NCBI GenBank assembly: GCA_963521065.1
Contig: CAUQTI010000015.1
Location: 2,095 to 66,094, forward strand
Origin: an uncultured Anaerovorax sp.
Lineage (GTDB): Bacteria; Bacillota; Clostridia; Peptostreptococcales; Anaerovoracaceae
Direction: 5' to 3'
DNA: 64,000 nucleotides
A program made the translations under genes and the position numbers. Of this stretch, positions 9,595-19,015 are shown piece after piece (the stretch's first letter is position 1; each line of letters starts with the position of its first letter). The notes beneath the pieces were generated by a model. The model saw only the letters and a list, made by a program, of their open reading frames with translations. It had not been told where the DNA came from and ran no database searches.

Positions 9595-10345
9595 TATTAT
9601 AGAACAATTACAGATAGAAGCTGGAGATATTGTAATGGTTGCTTCAGATATTGTTAGATTATGGGCGGAATATAGAAGAGCTCATGGTTCGTTTTCACCA
9701 GAAGATTTAATTCGAAGCATATTAAATAAAGTTACACAAGAAGGAACCGTTTTATTTCCTACATATAGTTGGGATTTTTGTCATGGAAAAGGTTTTAATT
9801 ATTATAAAACAGCCCCTATGACAGGGGGACTTGGAAAAATTGCATTAGGAATGGAAGGGTTTATTCGAACGAGACATCCTATTTACTCTTTTGCTGCTTG
9901 GGGAAAGGATAAGGATCTATTGTATAGTATGGATAATATTAGCTCGTTTGGAGAGGATTCGCCATTTGGTTATATGCATAAAAAAAATGGTAAAAATCTT
10001 TTTATAGGAGTTCCTTTCATAAAAAGTCTTTCTTTTGTACATTATGTTGAAGAGCAAATAAACGTACCATATCGTTATCATAAAAATTTTACTGGAGAGT
10101 ATGTGGATCGGTTTGGAAGTTGTATGGAAAAAACATACTCTATGTATGTAAGGAATCTTGATATGAATATGCTACAACTGGATGCGGTTGAATCATTTAT
10201 GGAGAACATTGTACGACAAAAATTATATTTTTATAAAACAGAATTTAAGATTTTGAATTTTTTTGAAATCTATAAGATTGTAAGTGCAGATATACGAGAA
10301 AATCGAAGTAGGAATTTAGTTAGCTATATTGGACAGGAGGAATAG
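9569..10345 (+). CDS. AAC(3)-family N-acyltransferase (glycan-locus type)
   Basis: GDIVMVASD, GTVLFPTYSWDFC, RTRHPIYSFAAWG, SSFGEDSPF, FVHYVEE...VPYRYHK are Antibiotic_NAT family motifs. Confidence 0.8.
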   Translation: MNANILMDDIIEQLQIEAGDIVMVASDIVRLWAEYRRAHGSFSPEDLIRSILNKVTQEGTVLFPTYSWDFCHGKGFNYYKTAPMTGGLGKIALGMEGFIRTRHPIYSFAAWGKDKDLLYSMDNISSFGEDSPFGYMHKKNGKNLFIGVPFIKSLSFVHYVEEQINVPYRYHKNFTGEYVDRFGSCMEKTYSMYVRNLDMNMLQLDAVESFMENIVRQKLYFYKTEFKILNFFEIYKIVSADIRENRSRNLVSYIGQEE

Positions 10346-10350
10346 GTAAT

Positions 10351-11640
10351 ATGGAAGATTTTCTTGATGTTGGCCAACAAATGTATCATTTAGCAACAAG
10401 ATTATATCCAATTTGTAGAAGCATAACCGGAAATGGCGTAAGAGAAAGTTTAAGGATATTAAACGATATTTGTGAAATGGAAGTAATTGAAGTACCGTCA
10501 GGAACGGAAGTTTTTGACTGGACTGTACCTAAAGAATGGAATATAACAGAAGCATATATAGAGACATTAGCTGGAGAAAGAGTAATTGACTTTAAGCAAA
10601 GCAATTTACATGTAGTAGGATATTCGCTACCAGTTGATAAAATCATTTCAAGAGAAGAACTTTATTCTATTATTTATGTTGATGATAAACTAGTAGATGC
10701 TATACCATATGTGACATCTTACTATAAGGAACGTTATGGATTTTGTATGAGTAAGAGGCAAAAGGAGAATTTAAAAGAGGATAAGTACCATATTGTCATT
10801 AAAAGTGAAATGAAAAATGGATATCTAACATACGGAGAAATTAAAATTCCTGGAGAATCTGAGCAAGAAGTGTTTTTATCAACATATGTTTGTCACCCTT
10901 CAATGGCCAATAATGAATTATCGGGACCGTGTTTAGCTATTTACTTGGCAAAAGAATTAAAAAAGCTTATACATAGGCGTTATAGTTACAGAATTATTTT
11001 TATACCAGAAACTATTGGATCAATTACATATTTAAGCAAAAATTATTTAGAGATGAGACAGCGTACTGTAGCAGGTTTCAATATATCTTGTGTTGGTGAT
11101 GATAGAACTTATTCTTACATTGCGTCAAGATACGGTAATACGTTAGCAGATAGAGCGGCAAAAAATGTTTTAAAATTTCATTACCCTGAATATAAAGAAT
11201 ATTCTTTTTTAGAGAGAGGCTCGGATGAACGTCAATATTGTGCACCAGGTATTGATTTACCTTTATGTGGTATATGCAGATCAAAATATGGTGAATATCC
11301 AGAGTATCATACTTCAAGGGATGATCTTACGCTTATTTCCGCAGGTGGTTTGGCGGGGGCTTTTGAGGTGTATTGGAAAATACTAATGGCTTTGGAAAAC
11401 AATTTCGTTTATACGAATGTGTATTTATGCGAACCTCAACTTGGAAAGCGTGGGTTATACCCAAGTGTAAGTAAAAGAGGTATTTATGATAAGGTTAAAG
11501 CATTAACAAACTTTATTGCATATGCTGATGGAAATCAAGACTTAATACAGATGAGTGATATTATAAATGTACCTATGGATGAATTGATAGTTATAGCAGA
11601 AAAGTTGGAGCGTAACGGTATAATAAGAAAGTTGTCATGA
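10351..11640 (+). CDS. DUF4910/DUF2172 M28-like metallohydrolase with C-terminal winged HTH
   Basis: LYPICRSITGNGVRESL, VFDWTVPKEW, SNLHVVGYS, PYVTSYY, STYVCHPSMANNELSGP, PETIGSI, GSDERQYC, YPEYHTS, CEPQLGKRGLYP. Confidence 0.88.
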   Translation: MEDFLDVGQQMYHLATRLYPICRSITGNGVRESLRILNDICEMEVIEVPSGTEVFDWTVPKEWNITEAYIETLAGERVIDFKQSNLHVVGYSLPVDKIISREELYSIIYVDDKLVDAIPYVTSYYKERYGFCMSKRQKENLKEDKYHIVIKSEMKNGYLTYGEIKIPGESEQEVFLSTYVCHPSMANNELSGPCLAIYLAKELKKLIHRRYSYRIIFIPETIGSITYLSKNYLEMRQRTVAGFNISCVGDDRTYSYIASRYGNTLADRAAKNVLKFHYPEYKEYSFLERGSDERQYCAPGIDLPLCGICRSKYGEYPEYHTSRDDLTLISAGGLAGAFEVYWKILMALENNFVYTNVYLCEPQLGKRGLYPSVSKRGIYDKVKALTNFIAYADGNQDLIQMSDIINVPMDELIVIAEKLERNGIIRKLS

Positions 11641-11660
11641 GTATGTAGGAGGAGCAACAG

Positions 11661-12338
11661 TTGTATTATGAAGATAATATGTGGGTGATTTGTAAAGAAG
11701 GCATGGATGATTATAAAATTTTTCCAAGGGATAAAAGCAATATAGGAAGTTATATTAAAATACCTGCATTTGTTAACGGACATGCCATAAAAAAAATAGA
11801 TGACAGAGCATTTTTTAATTGTGACAAGTTAAAAATTTTAGAAATTGAAAATGGTATTATTGAAATTGGTAATAGTGTTTTTGGTAATTGTACTGCTTTA
11901 CGTATAGTAAACTTGCCGACTAGCATGAAGAAAATTCAAAAATGGGCGTTCTCATATTGCGAATCCTTGGAACAGCTCATTTGTTCTGATAATATGAGTG
12001 AGATTTGTGGATATGCATTTTATAGATGTCTCAATTTGAAAGAAATAAAGCTTAATGAAGGACTGAAAGCTATAGGGGATTACGCATTTTCAGAGTGTGA
12101 AAATATAAAGAATATAAGATTACCAAGTACACTGCGTGGAATAGGTATGAAGGCATTTGCAGGATGTAAATCATTGAATTGTGTTGAATTTCGCGAGGGA
12201 ATAAGGAATGTAGGAACTTATATGTTTCAAGAATGTAGGGACTTAGAGAAAGTACTTCTAACAAAGAGCATTAAGGGAATTGGCAGTGCTGCCTTTGATG
12301 GATGCTTAAAATTGGATAAGTTGGAAGTACGGTTATAG
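11661..12338 (+). CDS. BspA/TpLRR-type leucine-rich repeat protein (LRR_5)
   Basis: About 8 repeats of IgxxAFxxCxxLxxIxLpxxl; TTG start with AGGAGG RBS; no signal peptide. Confidence 0.85.
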   Translation: MYYEDNMWVICKEGMDDYKIFPRDKSNIGSYIKIPAFVNGHAIKKIDDRAFFNCDKLKILEIENGIIEIGNSVFGNCTALRIVNLPTSMKKIQKWAFSYCESLEQLICSDNMSEICGYAFYRCLNLKEIKLNEGLKAIGDYAFSECENIKNIRLPSTLRGIGMKAFAGCKSLNCVEFREGIRNVGTYMFQECRDLEKVLLTKSIKGIGSAAFDGCLKLDKLEVRL

Positions 12339-12361
12339 AGTTTTATAAGGGTGAGTAAAAG

Positions 12362-13018
12362 TTGAAGATAAAATCATTTCTAACACCATTGATAGGGTCA
12401 AATATGTATGTTATTGCAAGCAGGGAACACGGAATTATTGTTGATCCATATTTTTCGCAAGAAAGCCTTAAGTGGGTAGAAACTCAAGTTAAAAATGTTG
12501 ACTATATCTTTTTAACTCATGAGCATTTTGATCATACAAGTGGAGTTGAGTCATTTAAGAAAATATATGGGAGTCAAATTGTATGCAGTAGATTATGTGA
12601 GCAAGTCATAATAAGAGATAAAACTAGACTACATCGGGAGTGTGATATATTACTAAAAATGAGCATGAAGAAGTCTTTAAGCTTAGATCCATTAAATAAT
12701 TTTAATGCAGATATTGTATTTCAAGGAGAAACTGCATTTATTTGGGAGAATCACAATCTTATTTTCTTTGAAACCCCAGGCCATTCAATGGGGAGCAGTT
12801 GTATGTTGGTTGATAAAGCGTATTTATTTGTTGGGGATACTTTATTGAGTGATAAATTCACTATTACTAAATTTCCAGGAGGTAATGATAAGCTTTTAGA
12901 AGAGATAACAATTCCACTTTTGAAAAAATTTAGGAAAAATATCTTAGTTTTTCCGGGACATGGAATTCAATTTTATTTAAAAGACGTTATATTTAGACAA
13001 TGGAGGAATAAAAAATGA
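12362..13018 (+). CDS. MBL-fold metallo-hydrolase (glyoxalase II-like)
   Basis: THEHFDH (HxHxDH), TPGHS, FVGD, VFPGHG. Confidence 0.85.
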   Translation: MKIKSFLTPLIGSNMYVIASREHGIIVDPYFSQESLKWVETQVKNVDYIFLTHEHFDHTSGVESFKKIYGSQIVCSRLCEQVIIRDKTRLHRECDILLKMSMKKSLSLDPLNNFNADIVFQGETAFIWENHNLIFFETPGHSMGSSCMLVDKAYLFVGDTLLSDKFTITKFPGGNDKLLEEITIPLLKKFRKNILVFPGHGIQFYLKDVIFRQWRNKK

Positions 13019-13251
13019 CAAATTTAGAAAAGTACACGAATATATTTAAGGAGGCCTTTGGCATCAACGAAAGTCAAGCTGTGGCTCTGAAGTTTCAAGA
13101 TATCTCAGAATGGGACTCTGTGGGGCATATGACTTTAGTGGCGATGCTAGAAGAAGCATTTGACATTATGCTAGATACGGATGATATTATTGATTTAGCA
13201 TCATTCGATATTGGGAAAGAAATTTTAGCGAAGTATGATGTAGTGATATAG
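13015..13251 (+). CDS. Acyl carrier protein
   Basis: 78 aa acidic protein with WDSVGHM phosphopantetheine-serine motif and LEEAFDI. Confidence 0.9.
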   Translation: MTNLEKYTNIFKEAFGINESQAVALKFQDISEWDSVGHMTLVAMLEEAFDIMLDTDDIIDLASFDIGKEILAKYDVVI

Positions 13252-13259
13252 GTGTATAA

Positions 13260-14021
13260 ATGTTAGAGGGTAAAAATGTAATAATAACTGGATCAAATCG
13301 TGGAATTGGAAATGCAATTGTTAAGACTTTTGCGAAACAGGGTGCCAATATTTGGGCTTGTGCCCGACAATATAATTCTCAATTTGAAGAAGAAATGGAA
13401 AGCCTTGCATTGGAGTGCAATACAAAGATACAACCTATCTATTTTGATTTAAATAAAAGTGAAGAGATAAGAGCTGCAGTAAAAGAAATAAGGAAAGAGA
13501 AGAAACCTATAAATACCTTAGTGACTGCAGCTGGAGTGAATTCTGAGTATCGTCGCTTTCAAATGATAACTATGGATAATTATAAACATCTTCTTCAGAG
13601 TAATTTTTTAGGGCATCTGGAGCTTACACAACTAATCTCAAGAATGATGATTCAACAGCGGAATGGGAGTATTATCCATTTATCAAGTATTGCAGGTACT
13701 GATGGTTTTTTTGCAAGCTGTGATTATGTGGCTAGTAAGGCTGCCATTATGGGAGCGACTGTACAGCAAGCAAGAGAGCTAGGAATGTTTGGAATTAGGG
13801 TCAATCATATAGCGCCTGGTATAACTGAGACTGAGATGCTAAACCAGGGGAAAAAGGAAATGTTGAACAGCATTATTCCTGCAATTATGCTTGGGCGTTT
13901 TGCCAAACCACAAGAAATTGCTAATGCAGCACTATTTCTTGCCTCTGATTTGTCAACATATATAACGGCTCAAGAAATTCGTGTAGACGGAGGATGTAAT
14001 CCACCTAGAGCAAATTGGTGA
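13260..14021 (+). CDS. SDR oxidoreductase, FabG-like
   Basis: ITGSNRGIG, catalytic YVASK, IRVNHIAPG.TET, RFAKPQEIANAALFLAS, IRVDGG. Confidence 0.88.
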   Translation: MLEGKNVIITGSNRGIGNAIVKTFAKQGANIWACARQYNSQFEEEMESLALECNTKIQPIYFDLNKSEEIRAAVKEIRKEKKPINTLVTAAGVNSEYRRFQMITMDNYKHLLQSNFLGHLELTQLISRMMIQQRNGSIIHLSSIAGTDGFFASCDYVASKAAIMGATVQQARELGMFGIRVNHIAPGITETEMLNQGKKEMLNSIIPAIMLGRFAKPQEIANAALFLASDLSTYITAQEIRVDGGCNPPRANW

Positions 14022-14037
14022 GATAAAGAGGAATTTT

Positions 14038-14847
14038 ATGAATAATAAGCTTACTTTAATTTCTAGAGAAATGCGTTTAAATATACTAAAAATGTCATAT
14101 AACTGTGGAAATATGGGAGCACATTTAGGCGGTAGTATGTCTTGTGTTGAAATATTGGCTGTTCTTTACTCTAAGTTTTTAAGAATGGATAAAGAAAATC
14201 CTTATTGGGAAGAACGAGATCGGTTTATTATGAGTAAAGCACATGCCGTTATGGCACAGTATGCGGCATTAAGACAGATTGGTTTTCTTTCTGATGATGA
14301 TTTAGATCATGCGATGACATCTGGGTCTATATTACTAAAACATCCAAAGATGAACATTACGTATGGTATTGAATTTTCTGGGGGGAGTTTAGGCCAAGGG
14401 TTGTCACTTGGCGTAGGAACTGCGATTGCGTTAAAAAGAAAAGGATTAATACATTCAAAAGTATACGTATTAGTAGGTGATGGTGAGTGTGATGAAGGAT
14501 CAATATGGGAGGCGGCAGCATTAGCTGGGCATAGAAAACTGAATAACTTGGTTGTTATAGTAGATTGTAATCGTTTACAAAATGATGGAACAACCGATCA
14601 AATTTTAGATAAAGGTAGTTTAGAATTAAGGTGGAAATCATTTGGTTTTATAACTTGTACTGTTGATGGTCACAGTTTAACAGAATTAGAAGAGGCTTTT
14701 TCAACACAGTATCAAGAGAGCCCGCTCGCAATATTAGCGAATACGGTTAAGGGGAAAGGTGTTTCTTTTGCAGAAAATGTAGTAGAATGGCATGCGTCTA
14801 CTTTAACTAAGCAGTTATATGAACAGGCATTGGAGGAACTGAGTTGA
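14038..14847 (+). CDS. Transketolase-like protein, N-terminal ThDP-binding subunit (copy 1)
   Basis: HLGGSMSCVE, DRFIMSKAHA, GSLGQGLS, GDGECDEGSIWEA...N ThDP motif, VDGH, TVKGKGV, WH. Confidence 0.9.
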   Translation: MNNKLTLISREMRLNILKMSYNCGNMGAHLGGSMSCVEILAVLYSKFLRMDKENPYWEERDRFIMSKAHAVMAQYAALRQIGFLSDDDLDHAMTSGSILLKHPKMNITYGIEFSGGSLGQGLSLGVGTAIALKRKGLIHSKVYVLVGDGECDEGSIWEAAALAGHRKLNNLVVIVDCNRLQNDGTTDQILDKGSLELRWKSFGFITCTVDGHSLTELEEAFSTQYQESPLAILANTVKGKGVSFAENVVEWHASTLTKQLYEQALEELS

Positions 14848-15818
14848 TTACATATTCTAAAATAAATACCAGAATTTGGTCTATGCTGGGTACGCGGAGA
14901 GTAATTGGTGTTGCGATATCAGAACTGGCAGATCAAGATGAAAAGTTTACCTTTGTTACTGCTGATGTTGGACGATATTATGCTATAAATAAGTTTAAAG
15001 AAAAACATAGTAATAAACTAATTAACGTAGGAATTGCAGAACAGAATATGATAGGTGTTGCAGCAGCAATGGCAAAAGAAGGATTTCATGTATTTACAGC
15101 AACCTATGCTACTTTCGCTACGGGAAGAGTATTGGATCAAGTGCGTGTAAACATGGGACTAATGGGACTACCCATTAAATTAATTGGTGTAAGTGCTGGA
15201 TTAGCAGAGGGAGAAATGAGCGCTACTCATATGGCATTGGAAGACATTTCGATGTTACGTTCCATTCCAAATATTATTATTGTATCCCCTGCGGATTGTA
15301 CTGAAGCAATGAAAATTTTCGAAGCTGCCAATGAGATTCAGCAACCAATGTATATTAGGCTAACAGGAGGATTAAGTTCACCGATAGTATATAAGGAAGA
15401 CTATGAATTTAAGATAGGACATTCTATCACGCTACAGAGTGGGAGTGATATTGCTATTATAGCTTCTGGTAGTATGGTAGCGCAGTCTATAAGTGTAGCT
15501 AAAGAGTTAGAAGAGCAGAAAATTAGCTGCAGTGTGATAGACATGCATACAATCTGGCCATTGGATATCGATACATTAGATTTATTGGCAGACACTCATA
15601 AAATGCTTGTAACTGTTGAAGAACATTCAGTTTATGGAGGATTAGGGGGAGCTGTTTCAGAATATTTCTCGATTAAGTCTAATCGACTGCCAATTCTTAA
15701 AATTGGTGTTAATGGTATATATCCCGATGCGGATACTTATAAAAACTTATTAGAGAAAACAGGGCTTAGTGTTAGCAAAATTACGGAGAAGATTGAAAAA
15801 AATTATAAAGAGATTTGA
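14844..15818 (+). CDS. Transketolase-like protein, C-terminal subunit (copy 1)
   Basis: NVGIAEQNMIGVAA, THMALED, SPAD, PMYIRL, DMHTIWPLD, TVEEHS.YGGLG. TTG start overlaps the previous stop. Confidence 0.9.
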   Translation: MITYSKINTRIWSMLGTRRVIGVAISELADQDEKFTFVTADVGRYYAINKFKEKHSNKLINVGIAEQNMIGVAAAMAKEGFHVFTATYATFATGRVLDQVRVNMGLMGLPIKLIGVSAGLAEGEMSATHMALEDISMLRSIPNIIIVSPADCTEAMKIFEAANEIQQPMYIRLTGGLSSPIVYKEDYEFKIGHSITLQSGSDIAIIASGSMVAQSISVAKELEEQKISCSVIDMHTIWPLDIDTLDLLADTHKMLVTVEEHSVYGGLGGAVSEYFSIKSNRLPILKIGVNGIYPDADTYKNLLEKTGLSVSKITEKIEKNYKEI

Positions 15819-15832
15819 TGGGAGCCATTGTG

Positions 15833-16642
15833 ATGAAAAGGCAAGATTTAAACTTATTAGCTAAAGAAATACGAAAAGATATACTAAATATGGCATTGGC
15901 AGCAGGTGCGCAAGGTGCTCATTTAGGAGGGGCATTATCTTGTGTTGAGATTTTAACAGCTTTATATGGTTACCAAATGAGAAAAAAGATTGAAAACCCT
16001 TATTGGGAAGAGAGAGATCGCTTGATATTTAGTAAAGGTCATGGAGCGTTGGCATATTATTCAGCTTTAGCAGAAGTTGGGTATTTTGATAAGAATGAGT
16101 TGGCCTCATATAAATCAAATGAAACCTTTTTATATGGACATCCATCTTTAAATATGGAAAGAGGGATAGAATTTTCTAGTGGAAGTCTTGGGCAAGGTGT
16201 TTCTTTAGGAGTAGGCACTGCTTTGGCACTACGTGCAAAGGAAAATCACAATTCAAGCGTCTATGTCATCGTTGGCGATGGTGAATGTAATGAAGGTTCT
16301 GTCTGGGAAGCCTTGATGTCTGCGGCTCATTTCAAGTTAAACCGACTAACGGTTATTGTTGATAAAAATGGATTGCAGTATGATGGCATGACAGAAAATG
16401 TTATGAATCTAGGAAATTTAGTTGAGAAATTTAGAAGTTTTGGTTTTTATACAAATGAAATAGATGGACACAATATAGGTTCGCTATGTGAGTCTTTAGG
16501 AGAAATTTCAGAAAAACCAAAAGCTATCATTGCTAATACGGTAAAAGGAAAAGGCATATCTTTTATGGAGGGTAACCCAAAGTGGCATAGTTCACGTTTA
16601 TCACAATCACAATATGATACAGCTATGAAAGAGTTGGGGTAG
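15833..16642 (+). CDS. Transketolase-like protein, N-terminal ThDP-binding subunit (copy 2)
   Basis: HLGGALSCVE, DRLIFSKGHG, LYGHP, GSLGQG, GDGECNEGSVWEA, IDGH, TVKGKGISFMEGNPKWH. The start could be at 15815, 15818 or 15833. Confidence 0.9.
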   Translation: MKRQDLNLLAKEIRKDILNMALAAGAQGAHLGGALSCVEILTALYGYQMRKKIENPYWEERDRLIFSKGHGALAYYSALAEVGYFDKNELASYKSNETFLYGHPSLNMERGIEFSSGSLGQGVSLGVGTALALRAKENHNSSVYVIVGDGECNEGSVWEALMSAAHFKLNRLTVIVDKNGLQYDGMTENVMNLGNLVEKFRSFGFYTNEIDGHNIGSLCESLGEISEKPKAIIANTVKGKGISFMEGNPKWHSSRLSQSQYDTAMKELG

Positions 16643-16647
16643 AGTAC

Positions 16648-17610
16648 ATGGAATTTAATAGAAGAGAAATAAGGACATGGTCTATGCTGGGAAGTGCAGG
16701 AACTTTTGGACTAGCAGCATTAGAATTGGAAGATAGCAATATTGTAATGCTTACCGCAGATCTATGTAATTTTTCTGGCTTAGATCGTTTTAAAGAAAAG
16801 TATCCTCAAAGATTTTATAACTTGGGGATTGCTGAGCAGAACATGATAACTGTTGCAGGGGCTATGGCTAAAGAAGGTTTAGTGCCATTTGTTACAACAT
16901 ATGCTACGTTTGCAAGTTCTAGAGCTTGTGAACAAATTAGAGTTAATTTAGGATATATGAATCAAAATGTGAAAGTTGTAGGCTTAGCATCAGGTTTATC
17001 TGTTGGTATTTTAGGTCCCACGCATATCTCGTTAGAGGATATTTCAAATATGAGGAGCATTCCTAATATGACAGTTGTTTCACCTGCAGACTGTTCAGAA
17101 ATAATAAAGTGTGTTAAAGCATGTGCAGAGTGGGATGGGCCTGTTTATTTGAGATTAACAGGAGCGACTAATGTTCCTGTTATATATAATGAAGATTATA
17201 GTTTTGTAATTGGAAAAGCTATAAAGTTATGTGAAGGTGAAGAACTTGCAATTATAGCAACGGGGACAGTAGTATATCAAGCGAAAAAAGCAGCCGAACT
17301 TTTACAGGAGTATGGCATAGATACAATGGTAGTTAATATGCATACAATTAAACCGTTGGATAAAGAATTTCTGGATAGCATTCAAGGGATTAAGACAATT
17401 GTAACGGTTGAAGAACATGGGAAAATTGGTGGATTAGGGAGTGCTGTTGCAGAATTTTACGCTGGAAGAGAAAAAAAACCAAGACACATTATCATTGGTC
17501 TGGATGATAAATTCCCACATGCCGGCGAGTATAATTATCTATTAGAAAATTGTGGTTTAACTGCAGAACATATAGTGAAGAAGATATTACAGACAAGAGA
17601 GGAAGAGTAA
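16648..17610 (+). CDS. Transketolase-like protein, C-terminal subunit (copy 2)
   Basis: NLGIAEQNM, GPTHISLED, SPAD, GPVYLRL, NMHTIKPLD, TVEEHG.IGGLGSAVAE. Confidence 0.9.
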   Translation: MEFNRREIRTWSMLGSAGTFGLAALELEDSNIVMLTADLCNFSGLDRFKEKYPQRFYNLGIAEQNMITVAGAMAKEGLVPFVTTYATFASSRACEQIRVNLGYMNQNVKVVGLASGLSVGILGPTHISLEDISNMRSIPNMTVVSPADCSEIIKCVKACAEWDGPVYLRLTGATNVPVIYNEDYSFVIGKAIKLCEGEELAIIATGTVVYQAKKAAELLQEYGIDTMVVNMHTIKPLDKEFLDSIQGIKTIVTVEEHGKIGGLGSAVAEFYAGREKKPRHIIIGLDDKFPHAGEYNYLLENCGLTAEHIVKKILQTREEE

Positions 17611-17611
17611 A

Positions 17612-19009
17612 TTGATATTTAATATTGAAAACGTGGATCGCAATCGAATCGCGGCTATAGAAGAGGGTAAAACAAGTATTACTTATGGTGAACTAAGTAA
17701 TTTTTCAATAAAAATAGCAGAGGTGCTCAAAGAAAGAAGAGTGTTAATTTTTCATTTGACAACAAATACGATTGGATCATTTGCAGGATATGTTGCTTTG
17801 TTGTCAAATTATGTGGTTCCAGCATTGATTGATTCAAAATTAGATTTAAATTTACTTCATGAACTTATAAAAAAATATAAACCTCAGTATATTTGGGCCC
17901 CTCAAATGTCGGATGCTGTTCGGGGATTAGACTGCGTATTTGAGGCTTATAAATATGGATTATATCAAACAGGATATAATAGGGGATATAATATTCACGA
18001 AGATCTTGCATTAATGCTAACTACGTCTGGAAGTACAGGGAGTCCTAAATTTGTACGACAGTCATATCAAAATATTCTTAGTAATACAAAATCTATTGTG
18101 CAATATTTAAAGATTAGAGAAGATGACCGTGCCATAACAACACTTCCTATGCATTACACCTATGGTTTATCTATCATTCAAACACATCTTTCCGTAGGTG
18201 CAAGAACGATATTTACTGAAAGAAGTTTGGTTGATAAAGAGTTCTGGAATTTGTTAAGAAATGAAGAGGCAACTACTTTTGGTGGGGTCCCTTATACATA
18301 TGAAATTCTTAAAAAATTAAAATTTTCTAGGATGGATCTACCTAGTATTCGATATATTACACAAGCTGGGGGTAAACTTGGAACGGAATTACATTATGAA
18401 TTTGCATCATGGTGTGAACAGAAAGAAATAAATTTTATTGTTATGTATGGACAGGCAGAAGCTACAGCTAGGATGAGTTACGTGCCAAGTGAAATGGCAA
18501 TAAAAAAATCCGGAAGTATTGGTATAGCTATACCGGGGGGAACATTCAAACTTATCGATTCGGATGGAAAGGAAATTACTTCCAACGAAGTGATAGGAGA
18601 AATGGTTTATACTGGACAAAATGTAACTTTAGGTTATGCAGAGTCCGGTGAAGATTTAGAAAAAGGTGATGAACGAAAGGGCATCCTATTTACTGGAGAC
18701 ATAGGAAAATTTGATGAAGACGGTTATTATTATATTGTAGGGAGAAAAAAAAGATTCTTAAAGATCTTTGGCAGCCGTGTTAATCTTGAAGAAGTAGAAA
18801 TATTGCTTAAAAATGCTGGAATGGAATCTGTTTGTGTGGGAGAGGATGACCATATGAAGATTTTTACTTTGCACGAAGATATAGTAATGGTTCGTAGTAC
18901 ATTGTCCAAACTAACAGGGATACATCCTAATGCGCTGACTGTTAGCCATATCAAAGCTATCCCTCGAAATGAAGCAGGAAAGATTTTGTATGCGGCATTG
19001 GAAAGGTGA
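17612..19009 (+). CDS. AMP-binding (adenylate-forming) acyl-CoA/acyl-ACP ligase
   Basis: TTSGSTGSPK (A3), YGQAEATAR (A5), TGDIG (A7), GRKKRFLKIFGSRV (A8), PRNEAGKI (A10). Confidence 0.9.
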   Translation: MIFNIENVDRNRIAAIEEGKTSITYGELSNFSIKIAEVLKERRVLIFHLTTNTIGSFAGYVALLSNYVVPALIDSKLDLNLLHELIKKYKPQYIWAPQMSDAVRGLDCVFEAYKYGLYQTGYNRGYNIHEDLALMLTTSGSTGSPKFVRQSYQNILSNTKSIVQYLKIREDDRAITTLPMHYTYGLSIIQTHLSVGARTIFTERSLVDKEFWNLLRNEEATTFGGVPYTYEILKKLKFSRMDLPSIRYITQAGGKLGTELHYEFASWCEQKEINFIVMYGQAEATARMSYVPSEMAIKKSGSIGIAIPGGTFKLIDSDGKEITSNEVIGEMVYTGQNVTLGYAESGEDLEKGDERKGILFTGDIGKFDEDGYYYIVGRKKRFLKIFGSRVNLEEVEILLKNAGMESVCVGEDDHMKIFTLHEDIVMVRSTLSKLTGIHPNALTVSHIKAIPRNEAGKILYAALER

Positions 19010-19015
19010 GAGATT

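Noticed and set aside
9569..10345. Aminoglycoside resistance gene aac(3)
   Set aside because: Same fold, but it overlaps pseG and is paired with DUF4910; there is no mobile or resistance context.
9569..11640. Phase-variable homopolymer tracts as in Campylobacter homologs
   Set aside because: No long poly-G/C tract; only an A8 run near 9980, which is unremarkable in AT-rich DNA, and the frames are intact.
12362..13018. Metallo-beta-lactamase resistance gene
   Set aside because: No signal peptide, glyoxalase II-like motifs, and translational coupling to an ACP.
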